Origin: Vicinamibacteria bacterium
GTDB lineage: Bacteria; Acidobacteriota; Vicinamibacteria; Fen-336; JAGNNV01
DNA: 64,000 bases
Assembly: GCA_031362685.1 (NCBI GenBank)
Contig: JANLSZ010000129.1
Span: forward strand, 44,191-108,190
Reading direction: 5' to 3'
Shown: one piece after another, positions 16,384 through 26,117 of the stretch
Layout of the letters: every line of letters starts with the position of its first letter
Numbering within the stretch: position 1 is the first letter of the stretch
Program-made: the position numbers and the translations under genes
The notes under the pieces: generated by a model
Seen by the model: only the letters and a program-made list of their open reading frames with translations
Told to the model about the DNA's origin: nothing
The model's database searches: none

Positions 16384-18258
16384 CTAGTTGGCGAGGGCCA
16401 GGCGGAAAGCGACCATCTCCTCGCCGTTGCGAACCAGCAGGACGTCGCGAACCAGCACCGGATGGTTCCAGGTCTTGCCCTCCACGGCCGGACGCCGCGA
16501 AAGCTCCGTGAACTGATCGGCCTTCGCCTCCACCAGGGCCAGGTCGCCGTCCTCCGACAACACGACCAGAAGATCCTGGTCGGCCAACAGGAGGAGTTGG
16601 CCGTTGCCGTAGCGTCCGCCCTTCCACTTGCGCTTCCCGTCCTCGATGTCGATGCAGGCCAGGATGCTGCCGTCGAAGCCGAAGGCATGGCCCTTGTGCA
16701 CGACGAAGTCGTTGAAGTAGGGCTTGAGCGCGCGGGACGTCCACCGCTCTTCGACCGCCCATCCGGAAGGCCCTTGCGCGACCTTGATGCGGCGCGTTTC
16801 CATCCCTCCCATCATGTCGGCCGAGGTGATCAGCAGATCGCCGCCCGCGATCACCGCCGGCTGCACGATGGGGCTGCCGGACCACGGATACTCCCAGAGC
16901 GGCTTGCCATCGAGAGGCGCCACGCTGGTGGCCCCGTAGCCGCCCATCAGCACCACCTGGGCCGTGCCGTCGATGGTCATGGGATGAGGCGAACTGTAGC
17001 CGCCGCCTCGCGAGGGGACGAACCACCGAGGATCGCCGGTTCCGCGGTCGTAGGCGGCAAGCGCGCCACTCGCCGCGACGATCACCATGTCACCCACGAT
17101 CAAGGGCGAGCCGGCGAAGCCCCAACCCGGGAGCTTCAGTTTGTGTTCCTTCGCGACGTCGCGCGACCACACTTTCGAGCCGTCATCCGCATCGAGCACG
17201 TTCAGGATTCCGGTGGCGCCGAAGGTGTAGACGCGACCGCCGCTCAGGGTCGGAGTCGCGCGCGGGCCGGCCCCTCCGTTCGACTCCCAGAATCGGGCCC
17301 GATCGCGGTGCATCCACACTGGCGCTCCGGTAGTCACGCGGTAGGCCGCCACGACCTCGTCGTCGCCCCGCTGCTCCTGGGTGTAGAGGACGTCTCCCCT
17401 GACCGCGAAGGACGACCAGCCCGGTCCAATCGACCGTCGCCACATCTCGACCGGAGGTGAAACCGCCCAATCGGTCCGGATGCGCACGCCGCGAACGACA
17501 TCGTCGCGCCCGGGACCTCGGAAGCCGGGCCATTCCGCGAAGGGCTCCGGCGCCGCCTCCGTGGTGGGGAGCATCTCGGGCTTCGCGGTTTCGACGGCGA
17601 GCGAAGTCGCTTTTGCCTTAGCCACGGCGGGAGGCGACGCGATGGGCTTCTGGCTCAACGGAACCGAGGCCTCCGCTTCGGGGGTGGGGGCCGCGACCGG
17701 AGGTCTCGGAACAACCGCCGGTTCAGCGGCGGTGCGCGCCAGCAAACGCTCTTCCGCGGTCTGCGACCACCGCCAGGCCAGATCCGTATCGCCCGTGCCC
17801 GAGATGCCGTTGGTGCGGGCGAGCCCCCACACACCGCATCCGAGCAGGATGGCCCCGACCATCGCCACCCGCCGAGGTCCATTGGAAAGGCCTCTGCTCA
17901 TCACCGCCCAGGCCACGAGGGCGAGGCTCAAGGTCCCCGGCACCGCGAAGACGAAGAACATCCGCCCCATCATTCCGTTCTGAATCGACACGTGCATGAG
18001 GGGCCGGGTCGCAGCGATCGCCAGGATCATCACGGCCACCGCGCCCAGACGTTCGGACCAGGGCGCCCGGCTGAAGAACAACCACCACACCAGGACGAGG
18101 ACGCCGCCGAGGAGGCCGCCCAGGACCCCTAGAACCGCGCCATCGGGCAAGGCCGGGGCGACGAAGCGCAGGATCAACTGAAGGACGACGATGACCACGC
18201 CGGGCCACAGCCGGAGCGGCTTCAGCGGGCCAGGGAGGGAGGGAGGGAGTACGGCCAT
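16384..18258 (-). CDS. Membrane-anchored PQQ-like (BamB-like) beta-propeller repeat protein
   Basis: 624 aa with about 5 N-terminal TM helices and a Pro/Ala linker. Repeated propeller motifs: AAYRVTTGAPVWMH, VLDADDGSKVWSRD, AAYDRGTGDPRWFV, CIDIEDGKRKWKG. Confidence 0.8.
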   Translation of the reverse strand: MAVLPPSLPGPLKPLRLWPGVVIVVLQLILRFVAPALPDGAVLGVLGGLLGGVLVLVWWLFFSRAPWSERLGAVAVMILAIAATRPLMHVSIQNGMMGRMFFVFAVPGTLSLALVAWAVMSRGLSNGPRRVAMVGAILLGCGVWGLARTNGISGTGDTDLAWRWSQTAEERLLARTAAEPAVVPRPPVAAPTPEAEASVPLSQKPIASPPAVAKAKATSLAVETAKPEMLPTTEAAPEPFAEWPGFRGPGRDDVVRGVRIRTDWAVSPPVEMWRRSIGPGWSSFAVRGDVLYTQEQRGDDEVVAAYRVTTGAPVWMHRDRARFWESNGGAGPRATPTLSGGRVYTFGATGILNVLDADDGSKVWSRDVAKEHKLKLPGWGFAGSPLIVGDMVIVAASGALAAYDRGTGDPRWFVPSRGGGYSSPHPMTIDGTAQVVLMGGYGATSVAPLDGKPLWEYPWSGSPIVQPAVIAGGDLLITSADMMGGMETRRIKVAQGPSGWAVEERWTSRALKPYFNDFVVHKGHAFGFDGSILACIDIEDGKRKWKGGRYGNGQLLLLADQDLLVVLSEDGDLALVEAKADQFTELSRRPAVEGKTWNHPVLVRDVLLVRNGEEMVAFRLALAN

Positions 18259-18932
18259 ACAGGATCAAACGTCCTGGGCCGCCAAATTGTTCAGAGGTTG
18301 TCGGCCCGAAGAGCGTTGCCATCTGAGTCGGTGACAGTCATGAGGTCCAGTCTTGAAGTCGCAATCTGAGACCTCGAGTTCCCGGCCCTATCCTCGCCCG
18401 GTCAGCCTTCGCTTCTCCGAACCCGCCAACCGCCGCCGCAGCTCCTCTTCCGCCATAGCCCGGGTGCGAACTCCGGAGCCGGCCAGGCGAAAGACGAAGC
18501 CCCCATCAACTCCGGCACATGGGTTCGAATCGCGGCATCGATCAGCGGATGTGATCGCTGCTCCACGCGCGCAACTCATCTGCCTCCGCGAGTATCTGCG
18601 GGAAGCGGATCTGGCCAGCCGCCTCGCCCACGCCTGGGCGGCGCTGTCGCGGGCGTGTCATCACCACTCGTACGAACTCCCGCCCACCGTCGAGGAGATC
18701 AAGAGTTGGATGGAGCCGGTGCGGGAGTTACACGAAGTTCTGGTTCGAGGGTGAGTGTCTCTCCGAGGAGGCGGCGCCCTCGTCAAGGATCACGAACTAC
18801 GTGACCGGTAGACCTCCAGGTTTTTGTGTACACTGAACAAACATTTTGGGAGCGTGCTGATCGAGGTGACGACCTCCTGACACTTCGTCTCAGGGCCGCC
18901 GGGTTCGACAACTGTCTCCCTGTGCAAGGAGA

Positions 18933-19811
18933 TTGCGTATGAGAATTACCCGTTTGCTGTGGGCGGCTCCGGCCGCCGTTGTCCTGCTCACCCCCACCCT
19001 CACATTCGCCCAGGCCGCTGCGCCGGTGGTCAACAACGTCCTTTCGGTCTTCCGGGAATCGGTGAAAGTCGGGAAGGGCGCGGCGCACGACGCGAACGAA
19101 ACGGCGTGGGCCCGGGCGCTTGCCGCCACCAAAGGCACCGACCACTTCATCGCGATGTCGGCCCTCACCGGGCCGAACGAGATGTGGTACGTGTCGGCCT
19201 ACCCCACCTGGGCAGAATATGAGAAGGTGGCCGACAACGGGAATGCCGACCCCGCGCTCGCCGCCATTGCCAAGCAGTACCGGCCCGCCGAAGCCGAGGT
19301 CCTGAGTGATGCCCGCGGCATGACCCTGCGCCCTCGAGCGGAGTTGAACTTCGGCGGTCCCGCCGACCTGCCCAACATGCGCTACCTCTCGGCGACCCGG
19401 ATATCGGTGCGTCCCGGGCACGCTGGGGAATATGAAGAAATGCGCAAGATGGTGAAGGCAGCCCACGAGAAGGCCGGCCTCAAAGACTCGTACACCATCT
19501 ATGAGGTCACGGCCGGCGCCCCCGCGCCCACTTTCTACATGTTCGTCGCAAGGAAGACACTGGCGGAGCTCGATTCGGCCATTCACGACGCGGCGGACTA
19601 CCGGGCGGCGCTGGGAGGCGAGTTAGGACAGGCGAAGCTCGCGGCCCTGACCGCGAGTGCGATCATCAGCCAGGAGACCGACCACTTCGAGTTCCAACCT
19701 GCGCAGAGCGTCCCGCTCGATGCGTGGGTCACCGCCAATCCGGGCTTCTGGAAGCCGAAGGCCCCGGCTCCCGCGGACAAGAAGGCCCCGGCAGACAAGA
19801 AGAAGCCGTAG
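18933..19811 (+). CDS. Hypothetical secreted protein with a Lys/Pro/Ala-rich C-terminal tail
   Basis: 292 aa with signal peptide LLWAAPAAVVLLTPTLTFAQA and SD GGAGA upstream. The tail is KPKAPAPADKKAPADKKKP. Followed by an intrinsic terminator. Confidence 0.6.
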   Translation: MRMRITRLLWAAPAAVVLLTPTLTFAQAAAPVVNNVLSVFRESVKVGKGAAHDANETAWARALAATKGTDHFIAMSALTGPNEMWYVSAYPTWAEYEKVADNGNADPALAAIAKQYRPAEAEVLSDARGMTLRPRAELNFGGPADLPNMRYLSATRISVRPGHAGEYEEMRKMVKAAHEKAGLKDSYTIYEVTAGAPAPTFYMFVARKTLAELDSAIHDAADYRAALGGELGQAKLAALTASAIISQETDHFEFQPAQSVPLDAWVTANPGFWKPKAPAPADKKAPADKKKP

Positions 19812-19843
19812 CGCCTCACGCGCATAGCCGCAATCGTTGACGA

Positions 19844-19872
19844 AGCAGCCGTCGAAAGGCGGCTGTTTTTTT
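19844..19872 (+). terminator. Rho-independent terminator
   Basis: Stem CAGCCG (19846-19851) pairs with CGGCTG (19860-19865) across an 8-nt loop, followed by seven T (19866-19872). It lies 33 nt after the stop of the 18933..19811 gene. Confidence 0.7.
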
Positions 19873-19964
19873 GCCTTCATCCGGCCGGCGTGGGGGGGGC
19901 GCCGAACAAGTAGGATCGCGCGTATGCCGTCGCATCGCCCCATTTCCACGCGCCCGCACTGCGC

Positions 19965-20828
19965 ATGAGGATCGCCGCGGTCGGCGAATGCACGCTCGAC
20001 CGCTATCCCGAACTCGACGCCGAGCACGTGGGCGGCATCTCGCTCAATTTCGCGGTCAACGCGCGGCGCGAGGGCGCGGATCAGGTCGTCCTCGTCAGCT
20101 GCACGGGGAGTGATGGGAGCGCCGCCGCGGTGCGACAGAAGCTTTGGGCCGAAGGGATCGACACGCGGCACGTCCATTCGCTGGCCGGTGCTACGGCCAC
20201 GCAGGAGATCAGGCTGGTGGCCGGCGGTGAGCGGGTCTTCCCGCAAGACGGCTACCACCCGGGCGTGCTGGCCGACTTCCGACTGAATGAAACCGATCTC
20301 GCCCTGCTGCGCACCGTGGACGCCATCGCGGTCCCGATCTTCCGACAACTCGAACACCTGGCTCACGCGGTCCTGCGCTTGCCCGGCGGCAACGCGTTGC
20401 GCGCCGCCGATCTGCTCGATGGCGCCGACCTTGGGCCCGACCTCGCCGGACTCGACCCGCTGCTCGATGCGTTCGAGCTGCTCTTCGTAAGCGGCGACGA
20501 GGCGATGGTCGAGCGACTCCTGCCCCGCTCCCGGGCCTCCCGTAGCGTCATCGTGGTCACCCAGGGCGCGGCGGGAAGCAGCGCGCTCGTCGGGGGAACG
20601 CGGACGAGTGTGCCCGCGACTCCGGTGCCGCTCGCCGAGTGCGTGGACACCACCGGCTGCGGCGATGCCTTTCAGGCGGCGTTCACCGTGGAGTATCTTC
20701 GTTCGCACCGGATCGAGGCGGCCCTTCGCGCCGGCGCACGGCGCGCCGCCCTCGTCATCCGACACCTGGGAGCGACCTCCAACATGAGTGCTGGGACCGA
20801 TGCGACCACCGCCATCCGCACCGAGTAG
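19965..20828 (+). CDS. PfkB-family carbohydrate kinase (ribokinase/fructoselysine-kinase-like)
   Basis: 287 aa. Contains the C-terminal PfkB signature DTTGCGDAFQAAF and the N-terminal GGISLNFAVNA region. Confidence 0.8.
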   Translation: MRIAAVGECTLDRYPELDAEHVGGISLNFAVNARREGADQVVLVSCTGSDGSAAAVRQKLWAEGIDTRHVHSLAGATATQEIRLVAGGERVFPQDGYHPGVLADFRLNETDLALLRTVDAIAVPIFRQLEHLAHAVLRLPGGNALRAADLLDGADLGPDLAGLDPLLDAFELLFVSGDEAMVERLLPRSRASRSVIVVTQGAAGSSALVGGTRTSVPATPVPLAECVDTTGCGDAFQAAFTVEYLRSHRIEAALRAGARRAALVIRHLGATSNMSAGTDATTAIRTE

Positions 20829-21663
20829 CCCCTCGAGTCGCTTCCGTTCGCTCTTTCCGGGCCCGCGGCCGGTGATCGGCATGATCGCGCTCCCGCCGCT
20901 GCCGGGCTACCCGACGCATGCGGGCATCGACGCGCTCGTCGAGGGCGCGCTTAAAGACCTCGCGGCCCTCGAGGCCGGCGGTGTCGATGGCGCCCTGGTG
21001 GAGAACGACTTCGATCAGCCGCACACCATGGTCGGCGGCCCCGAGATCCACGCCGCGATGACGCGGGTGACCCGCGAAGTAGTCGCGCGCGCACGCGTGC
21101 CCATCGGCGTGGAGGTGCTGCTGAACGACTGGCGCGCGTCGCTCGCGATCGCATCCGCGACCGGGGCGCGGTTCATCCGCATGGACTTCTTCGTGGACCG
21201 CGTGATGACCAAGTGCGGGCCGTTCGAACCCGATCCACCCGCGGTGCTCGCATACCGCAAGGCGATCGGGGCCGAGCAGGTGCAACTGTTCGCGGACCTT
21301 CAGGTGAAGTACAGCACGCCACTCGGCGGACCGAAGCCGATGGCGTTATCGGCCCGCGAGGCCGAAGCCGCGGGTGCGGATGCGGTGATCATCAGCGGGA
21401 CCGAGACGGGGATCGGCCCCGCCACCGACGACCTCCGCGCGGCGCGCGCGGGCGCACTCCCCATCCTCATCGGCAGCGGGCTCACGCCGGAGAACGCGGG
21501 CGCGCTCATTCCGCTCTGCGACGGAGCGATCGTCGGCACCTCCCTGCGGAGCGGCCGCGCGGCGAGCGACCGGGTGGTGCGGGAACAGGTGACGCAGCTC
21601 GTGGGTGCGGTCCAGGCGGCGAATGGAGCACCCGCGGTTCGCGATGCGGCCCGCTTGCCGTGA
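20800..21663 (+). CDS. BtpA/SgcQ family protein
   Basis: FPGPRPVIGMIALPPLPGYP and GVDGALVENDFDQPH resemble the conserved BtpA N-terminus. The only in-frame starts before it are 20788 and 20800, and both overlap the kinase gene end. The stop overlaps the next start (GTGA at 21660-21663). Confidence 0.75.
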   Translation: MRPPPSAPSSPSSRFRSLFPGPRPVIGMIALPPLPGYPTHAGIDALVEGALKDLAALEAGGVDGALVENDFDQPHTMVGGPEIHAAMTRVTREVVARARVPIGVEVLLNDWRASLAIASATGARFIRMDFFVDRVMTKCGPFEPDPPAVLAYRKAIGAEQVQLFADLQVKYSTPLGGPKPMALSAREAEAAGADAVIISGTETGIGPATDDLRAARAGALPILIGSGLTPENAGALIPLCDGAIVGTSLRSGRAASDRVVREQVTQLVGAVQAANGAPAVRDAARLP

Positions 21664-23096
21664 CCGCCTCGGCATCGCTCAAGCGCCAACTCGGCCTCTC
21701 GGCCGTCATGGCGCTCGTCGTCGGCAACATGCTTGGCTCCGGAGTGTTCTTCACCCCGGGCGAACTCGCCGCGGTCGCGCAACATCCCTGGCAAGTGCAC
21801 TTCATCTGGGCGCTTTGCGGTTTGATCACGCTGTGCGGTGCGCTCACCCTGGCCGAGCTGTGTCGGTTGTTGCCGCAGGCCGGCGCCACCTACCACGTGC
21901 TGCGCGAGGGGTTCGGACCGTTCTGGGGATTCCTGCTCGTCTGGATGGAACTGTGGGTGAGCGGGCCGGGTGCGGTGGCGGGGATCGCGGTCGTCTTCGG
22001 CGAGTTCATGCAGCGCGCGCTCGGTGCTGGCGCCACCGTCACGCCGGTCTGGTGGGGCGTGGGAGCAATCGTCGGCTTCGCGGCCGTGAACGTGGCGGGA
22101 GTGGTGTGGGGCGGCCGCGTGCAAGTGCTGACGACGGTGGTGAAGATCGTGGGGCTCGTGGGGCTGATCGCCGGAGCGCTTTTCCTGGCCGCGCCGGCGG
22201 CTCAGATCGTGGCCGCGGTGGCCCCGGGTGGGTCGCCCGCGACGGCCGCGGCAGCGACGTCCCTGGTTGAACTCGGGTCGGTGAACCCGACCTTCGCCGA
22301 GTCGCTGCTCGCCTTCTTCCGGTTCGCCGGACTCGGGGTTGCGGCGGTCCTGTTCACCTATGACGGCTGGATCGACGTCTCCCACGTCGCCGGTGAAGTG
22401 CGTCGTCCCGAGCGCGATATCCCGTTCGGCCTCGCCCTGGGAGTGGGATCGCTGACCCTGCTCTATCTCCTGGTGAATGTCGCCTACCTGCGCGTGGTGC
22501 CTCTGGCCGCGATGCGCGAGGCGCCCACCGCCATCGCGTCGACCGTCGCGATTGCGGCGTACGGTCCGCGCGGCGGGTCGTGGCTGAATGTCCTCATGCT
22601 GGTCTCGGTCTTCGGGGCGCTGGGCGGACTGGTGATGACGCTGCCGCGGCTCTTCTACACCATGGCGGCGGCGCACGTGGACGCGGCGAGGGGGCCACTG
22701 CGCTGGTTCTTCGCGCAGCTCGGTCGGGTGTCGCCCCGCACCGCTACCCCCAACGGCGCGATCCTCTTCGCCGCCTTTACGTCGATCGCGGCCCTGCTCT
22801 TCTTCGGCTCGTTCTCGCGGCTGGTGAACTTCATCGTCGTGCCGTTCCAGCTGATGAACATTCTGATCGTCGCGGCGATCTTCCGCCTTCGGCCCCGGGC
22901 CGGCGTGACCACGGGCTACCGGACGCCGTGGTATCCGTTCACTCCTCTGGTGTACATCGTGGTGGTGGCGGCGTTCATGGTCAGCGCCGTCGCCGCCCAT
23001 CCGATGGAAACGCTGATCGGAACGGCGATGGCAATGACGGGCGGTCCGGTCTACCTCTGGCTGAGTCGAGCCGGAACTTCGGGTCCTTCGCGATGA
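21660..23096 (+). CDS. APC-family amino acid permease
   Basis: GTG at 21660, in frame with the 21213..23096 track ORF. The product starts VTASASLKRQLGLSAVMALVVGNMLGSGVFFTPGE (APC signature) and has about 12 hydrophobic spans. The upstream 150 codons of the track ORF overlap btpA and are Arg-rich. Confidence 0.8.
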   Translation: MTASASLKRQLGLSAVMALVVGNMLGSGVFFTPGELAAVAQHPWQVHFIWALCGLITLCGALTLAELCRLLPQAGATYHVLREGFGPFWGFLLVWMELWVSGPGAVAGIAVVFGEFMQRALGAGATVTPVWWGVGAIVGFAAVNVAGVVWGGRVQVLTTVVKIVGLVGLIAGALFLAAPAAQIVAAVAPGGSPATAAAATSLVELGSVNPTFAESLLAFFRFAGLGVAAVLFTYDGWIDVSHVAGEVRRPERDIPFGLALGVGSLTLLYLLVNVAYLRVVPLAAMREAPTAIASTVAIAAYGPRGGSWLNVLMLVSVFGALGGLVMTLPRLFYTMAAAHVDAARGPLRWFFAQLGRVSPRTATPNGAILFAAFTSIAALLFFGSFSRLVNFIVVPFQLMNILIVAAIFRLRPRAGVTTGYRTPWYPFTPLVYIVVVAAFMVSAVAAHPMETLIGTAMAMTGGPVYLWLSRAGTSGPSR

Positions 23097-23109
23097 CGGC
23101 GGGGCGCGG

Positions 23110-24264
23110 TCAGAAGGTGCGGATGGCCTTGACCTGATCCGCGGAGAGCTTCTGGATCATGGCGACGAGGAGCTTCACGAGGTTGTCGTAGTCGGCGCGG
23201 TCGATCACGCCCGACTGGCTGTGTCCGTAGCGGGTGGGAACCCCGAGGTTGATCGCCGGTATGCCGGTCGCCGCCCGCTGCAGCACCGACCCGTCTTCGC
23301 CATAGCCCGAGACCGACTCGAACTGGATGGGGATCGCGGCCTCCTTCGCGAGTTTCAGGATCCACTCGACGAAGTTGTTGTTCGGGATCATGCTGGTGTC
23401 GAAGACAAACAGGGACGGACCCTTGCCCAGCGCCTCCTGGGACAGCTTCGGCGAGGTCAGGAGCGGAAAGTCTCCAGCGATCCCGATCTCCAGGTTGATC
23501 ACGATGTCGGGATGGGTGTTCGCTTCCACGACGGCGGCGCCGCGCAGGCCGATCTCTTCCTGAACCGTGGCCGCCACCTCGACCGTGTTGGGGTGCGGGA
23601 GGGTCTTGAGCTGACGCAGCGCCTCGGTGGCCGCGGCGAGACCGACGCGGTCGTCCCACGCTTTCGCGAGATAGCGACTCGATCCGTTGAGGATCTCGAA
23701 CTCGGTTCGATAGGTCACGGGCAGGCCGGGTCGCACTCCCATCTTCTCGGCCTCTTCGCGTGTCCTGGCCCCGATGTCGAGGAACATGTCCTGGAGTGGA
23801 ACCATCCGGGTGCGCTCTTCCGGCGAGACGATGTGGGTCGACTTGAAACCGGTGTAGCCCGTCACCGGGCCGCGCGCGGTCATGATGGTGTAGCGCTGGG
23901 TGAGCACGCTCTGGTCGATGTAGCCGCCGAGCGGGTTCATGTACACAAAGCCGCGCTCGTCGATGTATCGGACCAGGAAACCGACCTCGTCCATGTGGGC
24001 CATCAGCAGAACGCGCGGCGAGTCCGGGGGACCTGGCAGCCGGCCCAGCAGGTTGCCGACGCCGTCGGTACGCAGATCCGCGAGCAGAGAGCGCCACTCC
24101 CGGCGCAGAATGTCGCGCACCGGGCCTTCGAAGCCCGGCGCTCCGTTCGCGTCGGTCAGCTCCGCGAGGAGCCTGACGGTCGAGTCGGGGGCCGGGGTCT
24201 GGGCTTCGATGGGGCCGCTGAGCAGCGACACCGAAACGGCCAGGGCAATGCTTGTGATCCTCAT
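23110..24264 (-). CDS. M42-family metallopeptidase (glutamyl aminopeptidase / FrvX-like), exported
   Basis: 384 aa with signal peptide IALAVSVSLLSGPIEA. Metal-binding motifs MAHMDEVGF and VQEEIGLRGA. Confidence 0.8.
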   Translation of the reverse strand: MRITSIALAVSVSLLSGPIEAQTPAPDSTVRLLAELTDANGAPGFEGPVRDILRREWRSLLADLRTDGVGNLLGRLPGPPDSPRVLLMAHMDEVGFLVRYIDERGFVYMNPLGGYIDQSVLTQRYTIMTARGPVTGYTGFKSTHIVSPEERTRMVPLQDMFLDIGARTREEAEKMGVRPGLPVTYRTEFEILNGSSRYLAKAWDDRVGLAAATEALRQLKTLPHPNTVEVAATVQEEIGLRGAAVVEANTHPDIVINLEIGIAGDFPLLTSPKLSQEALGKGPSLFVFDTSMIPNNNFVEWILKLAKEAAIPIQFESVSGYGEDGSVLQRAATGIPAINLGVPTRYGHSQSGVIDRADYDNLVKLLVAMIQKLSADQVKAIRTF

Positions 24265-24418
24265 TGTCTTTTACCTCAGGTGGATTCTCACACGGCGACG
24301 AGCCCGTGTCCCGCCAATGAGCCCGGAGAAGAACACCAGCGCGCATCATCGAGATTCCCTCCTGTGCGAGGCGACACACACCACCACCGACCCCGGCATA
24401 GTAGCGTCGCCTCCTACC

Positions 24419-26092
24419 GTGGGGATTGAGATACCGCAGAACGCAGAGCGGAGTCCGTGGCGCCGAACCAGAGCGGGGACCCTGGTCCCTTTTCTCTTCG
24501 CGGCTCTTTCGATTTCCGACTGCGGCGGCACTCCGGGCGCGGCGACCCCGGCCGCCACGGCCAAACCCTCCTCTTCGGCCATCAACACCGGCGCCACCCG
24601 GCTCCTTGCCACAACCTCAGGATCGCGTGATCACCTTTTGAATCGGGCCACTCTTGGCCCCTGGTGGGGCAGCGGGTGCCCCAAGGCCGGCGACTGCGGT
24701 TGCGGCTCCGCCGAGACCATGGCCGAGGAGTTCACCTGCCAGATGGACGAGCTGCGCGCCAACGACATCCCGGTGAGCGTGTACCTCTTCGACGGGAGCG
24801 GGTGGTCGGAGCGCAATTCCAAGGAGCAAGGCACCTGCACCGGGGACGACTGCTGTTCCTGGAATCTGGGCGATGACGTCATCGACCGTCTGGCCAGCGA
24901 GCACGTGAAGGCACTGGTCCACTTCTGGGGCGGATGCCACACTCCCGATCAGTACGCGCGGGTTCACTCCCAACTCGGCGGTTCTTTGCTGGGCTTCTAT
25001 CTCGACGATGGGTCCTCGGACCAGGAGCTTCAGGGCGCGAACAACTTCATGAAGTCGGTCTCGCCGGGAGATTTCGACAACATCGCGAAGACGCACCAGA
25101 GCCACGAGCCCTCCACCACGGACGCCGGGCTCTCGAACATGGCCAACGTCGCGTACGTGGCGGACCTCGCGAACGATTTCACGGGGCTGCGCGAGGGGAT
25201 CGTCCGTTTGCTCGAGAAGGCGCGCCTTCTGCCCGCGCCCGTGAACGAACTCACCGCCTACGACTACGAGAGCCGGAGGCCGCCGGATGAGGAGACGCTC
25301 TATCGCCGGATTCATTGGGGCGCCCTCCAGCCCATCATGGCTCACACTCCCTTCGCCAACTCCGACCCCTGGCGTTCGGACTACAGCGGCGATCTCCTGC
25401 TCGCCTATCGGTATTGGGCCTGGCTTCACAAGGAGTTGACGCCCTACTTCATGAGCTACGCCCGTCGGATGTACGAGCAACCGGACCTTCCGATCATTCA
25501 GCCGGGACCGGGGCCTTATTCGATGCGGGTGGGAGAGGAGATCTTCGTTCCCTTTGTCACCGAGAGGACGACCACGATCGACGCCCAGCTTCCCGCCGGC
25601 CTGTGGGTGGACTACTGGGAGGAGGATCGGGTCGTCTCCGGGACGCTCGCCGGATACCCGGCCCCGCCGAGCCGGGAGCCGGTGTTCCTGAAGCTTGGCG
25701 GCATCATTCCCATGGAAGTCGAACGCGACTACACCGGGCACGGGACCCGCGAATCTGCGGGGTCGTTGACCGTCCTGGTCTACCCAAGCGGCACCTCCAC
25801 GTTCCGCTATAACAACGACGACACCGGCCGCTGGACCACCTTCAAGTCGGTCCTGGAGGGCGACAAGCTGACCCTCAACGCCGATTCCTTCCCCGGGATG
25901 CCGGTTCTCTACCGGATCGGCCGGATGTCGGTCAAACCATCCTCCATAACCGTCAACGGTCTGACCGTACTGATCAATCAGACCGGAAGCCTGCCCGAAA
26001 TGGAATCCGAGGGCGAGGTGAACGAAGCCGAAGTGAGCGCCTGGTTCTACGACTCGATCGCGCGCCGCCTGATCGTGAAGGTCGTTCCCTAG
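24419..26092 (+). CDS. Glycoside hydrolase family 31-like protein (putative lipoprotein)
   Basis: The C-terminal two-thirds follow the GH31 pattern by eye (GFYLDDGSSD; HWGALQPIMAHTP; AYRYWAWLHKELTPYFMSY; LPAGLWVDYWE; VFLKLGGIIPME; C-terminal beta-sandwich LTVLVYPSG..FRYNNDD). The N-terminus RRTRAGTLVPFLFAALSISDC is signal/lipobox-like. The start is uncertain: GTG 24419 was chosen, and the track ORF start at 23939 overlaps the divergent peptidase gene. Confidence 0.5.
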   Translation: MGIEIPQNAERSPWRRTRAGTLVPFLFAALSISDCGGTPGAATPAATAKPSSSAINTGATRLLATTSGSRDHLLNRATLGPWWGSGCPKAGDCGCGSAETMAEEFTCQMDELRANDIPVSVYLFDGSGWSERNSKEQGTCTGDDCCSWNLGDDVIDRLASEHVKALVHFWGGCHTPDQYARVHSQLGGSLLGFYLDDGSSDQELQGANNFMKSVSPGDFDNIAKTHQSHEPSTTDAGLSNMANVAYVADLANDFTGLREGIVRLLEKARLLPAPVNELTAYDYESRRPPDEETLYRRIHWGALQPIMAHTPFANSDPWRSDYSGDLLLAYRYWAWLHKELTPYFMSYARRMYEQPDLPIIQPGPGPYSMRVGEEIFVPFVTERTTTIDAQLPAGLWVDYWEEDRVVSGTLAGYPAPPSREPVFLKLGGIIPMEVERDYTGHGTRESAGSLTVLVYPSGTSTFRYNNDDTGRWTTFKSVLEGDKLTLNADSFPGMPVLYRIGRMSVKPSSITVNGLTVLINQTGSLPEMESEGEVNEAEVSAWFYDSIARRLIVKVVP

Positions 26093-26117
26093 CGGTGGTC
26101 GGGAGGGGAGCGGCGGC

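Noticed and set aside
18450-18560. Possible tyrosine-recombinase C-terminal remnant on the minus strand (HPLIDAAIRTHVPELMGASSF resembles L..G.D.RTIQELLGHSS)
   Set aside because: It is only about 20 residues long, flanked by stops, with no catalytic R/H/Y context and no adjacent tRNA or att repeat. The match is too weak to call a mobile-element scar.
21300-23000. 566-aa minus-strand ORF opposite the APC permease (similar cases at 48146..49417 and 62572..63987)
   Set aside because: All three are antisense to permease genes with clear APC signatures. They encode highly charged Arg/Asp/His-rich sequence, which is implausible as protein.
23939-24418. N-terminal extension of the 717-aa ORF (GH31-like gene)
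   Set aside because: It overlaps the divergently oriented M42 peptidase gene and is Ser/Arg/Pro-rich. The signal/lipobox-like sequence begins only after about 24419.
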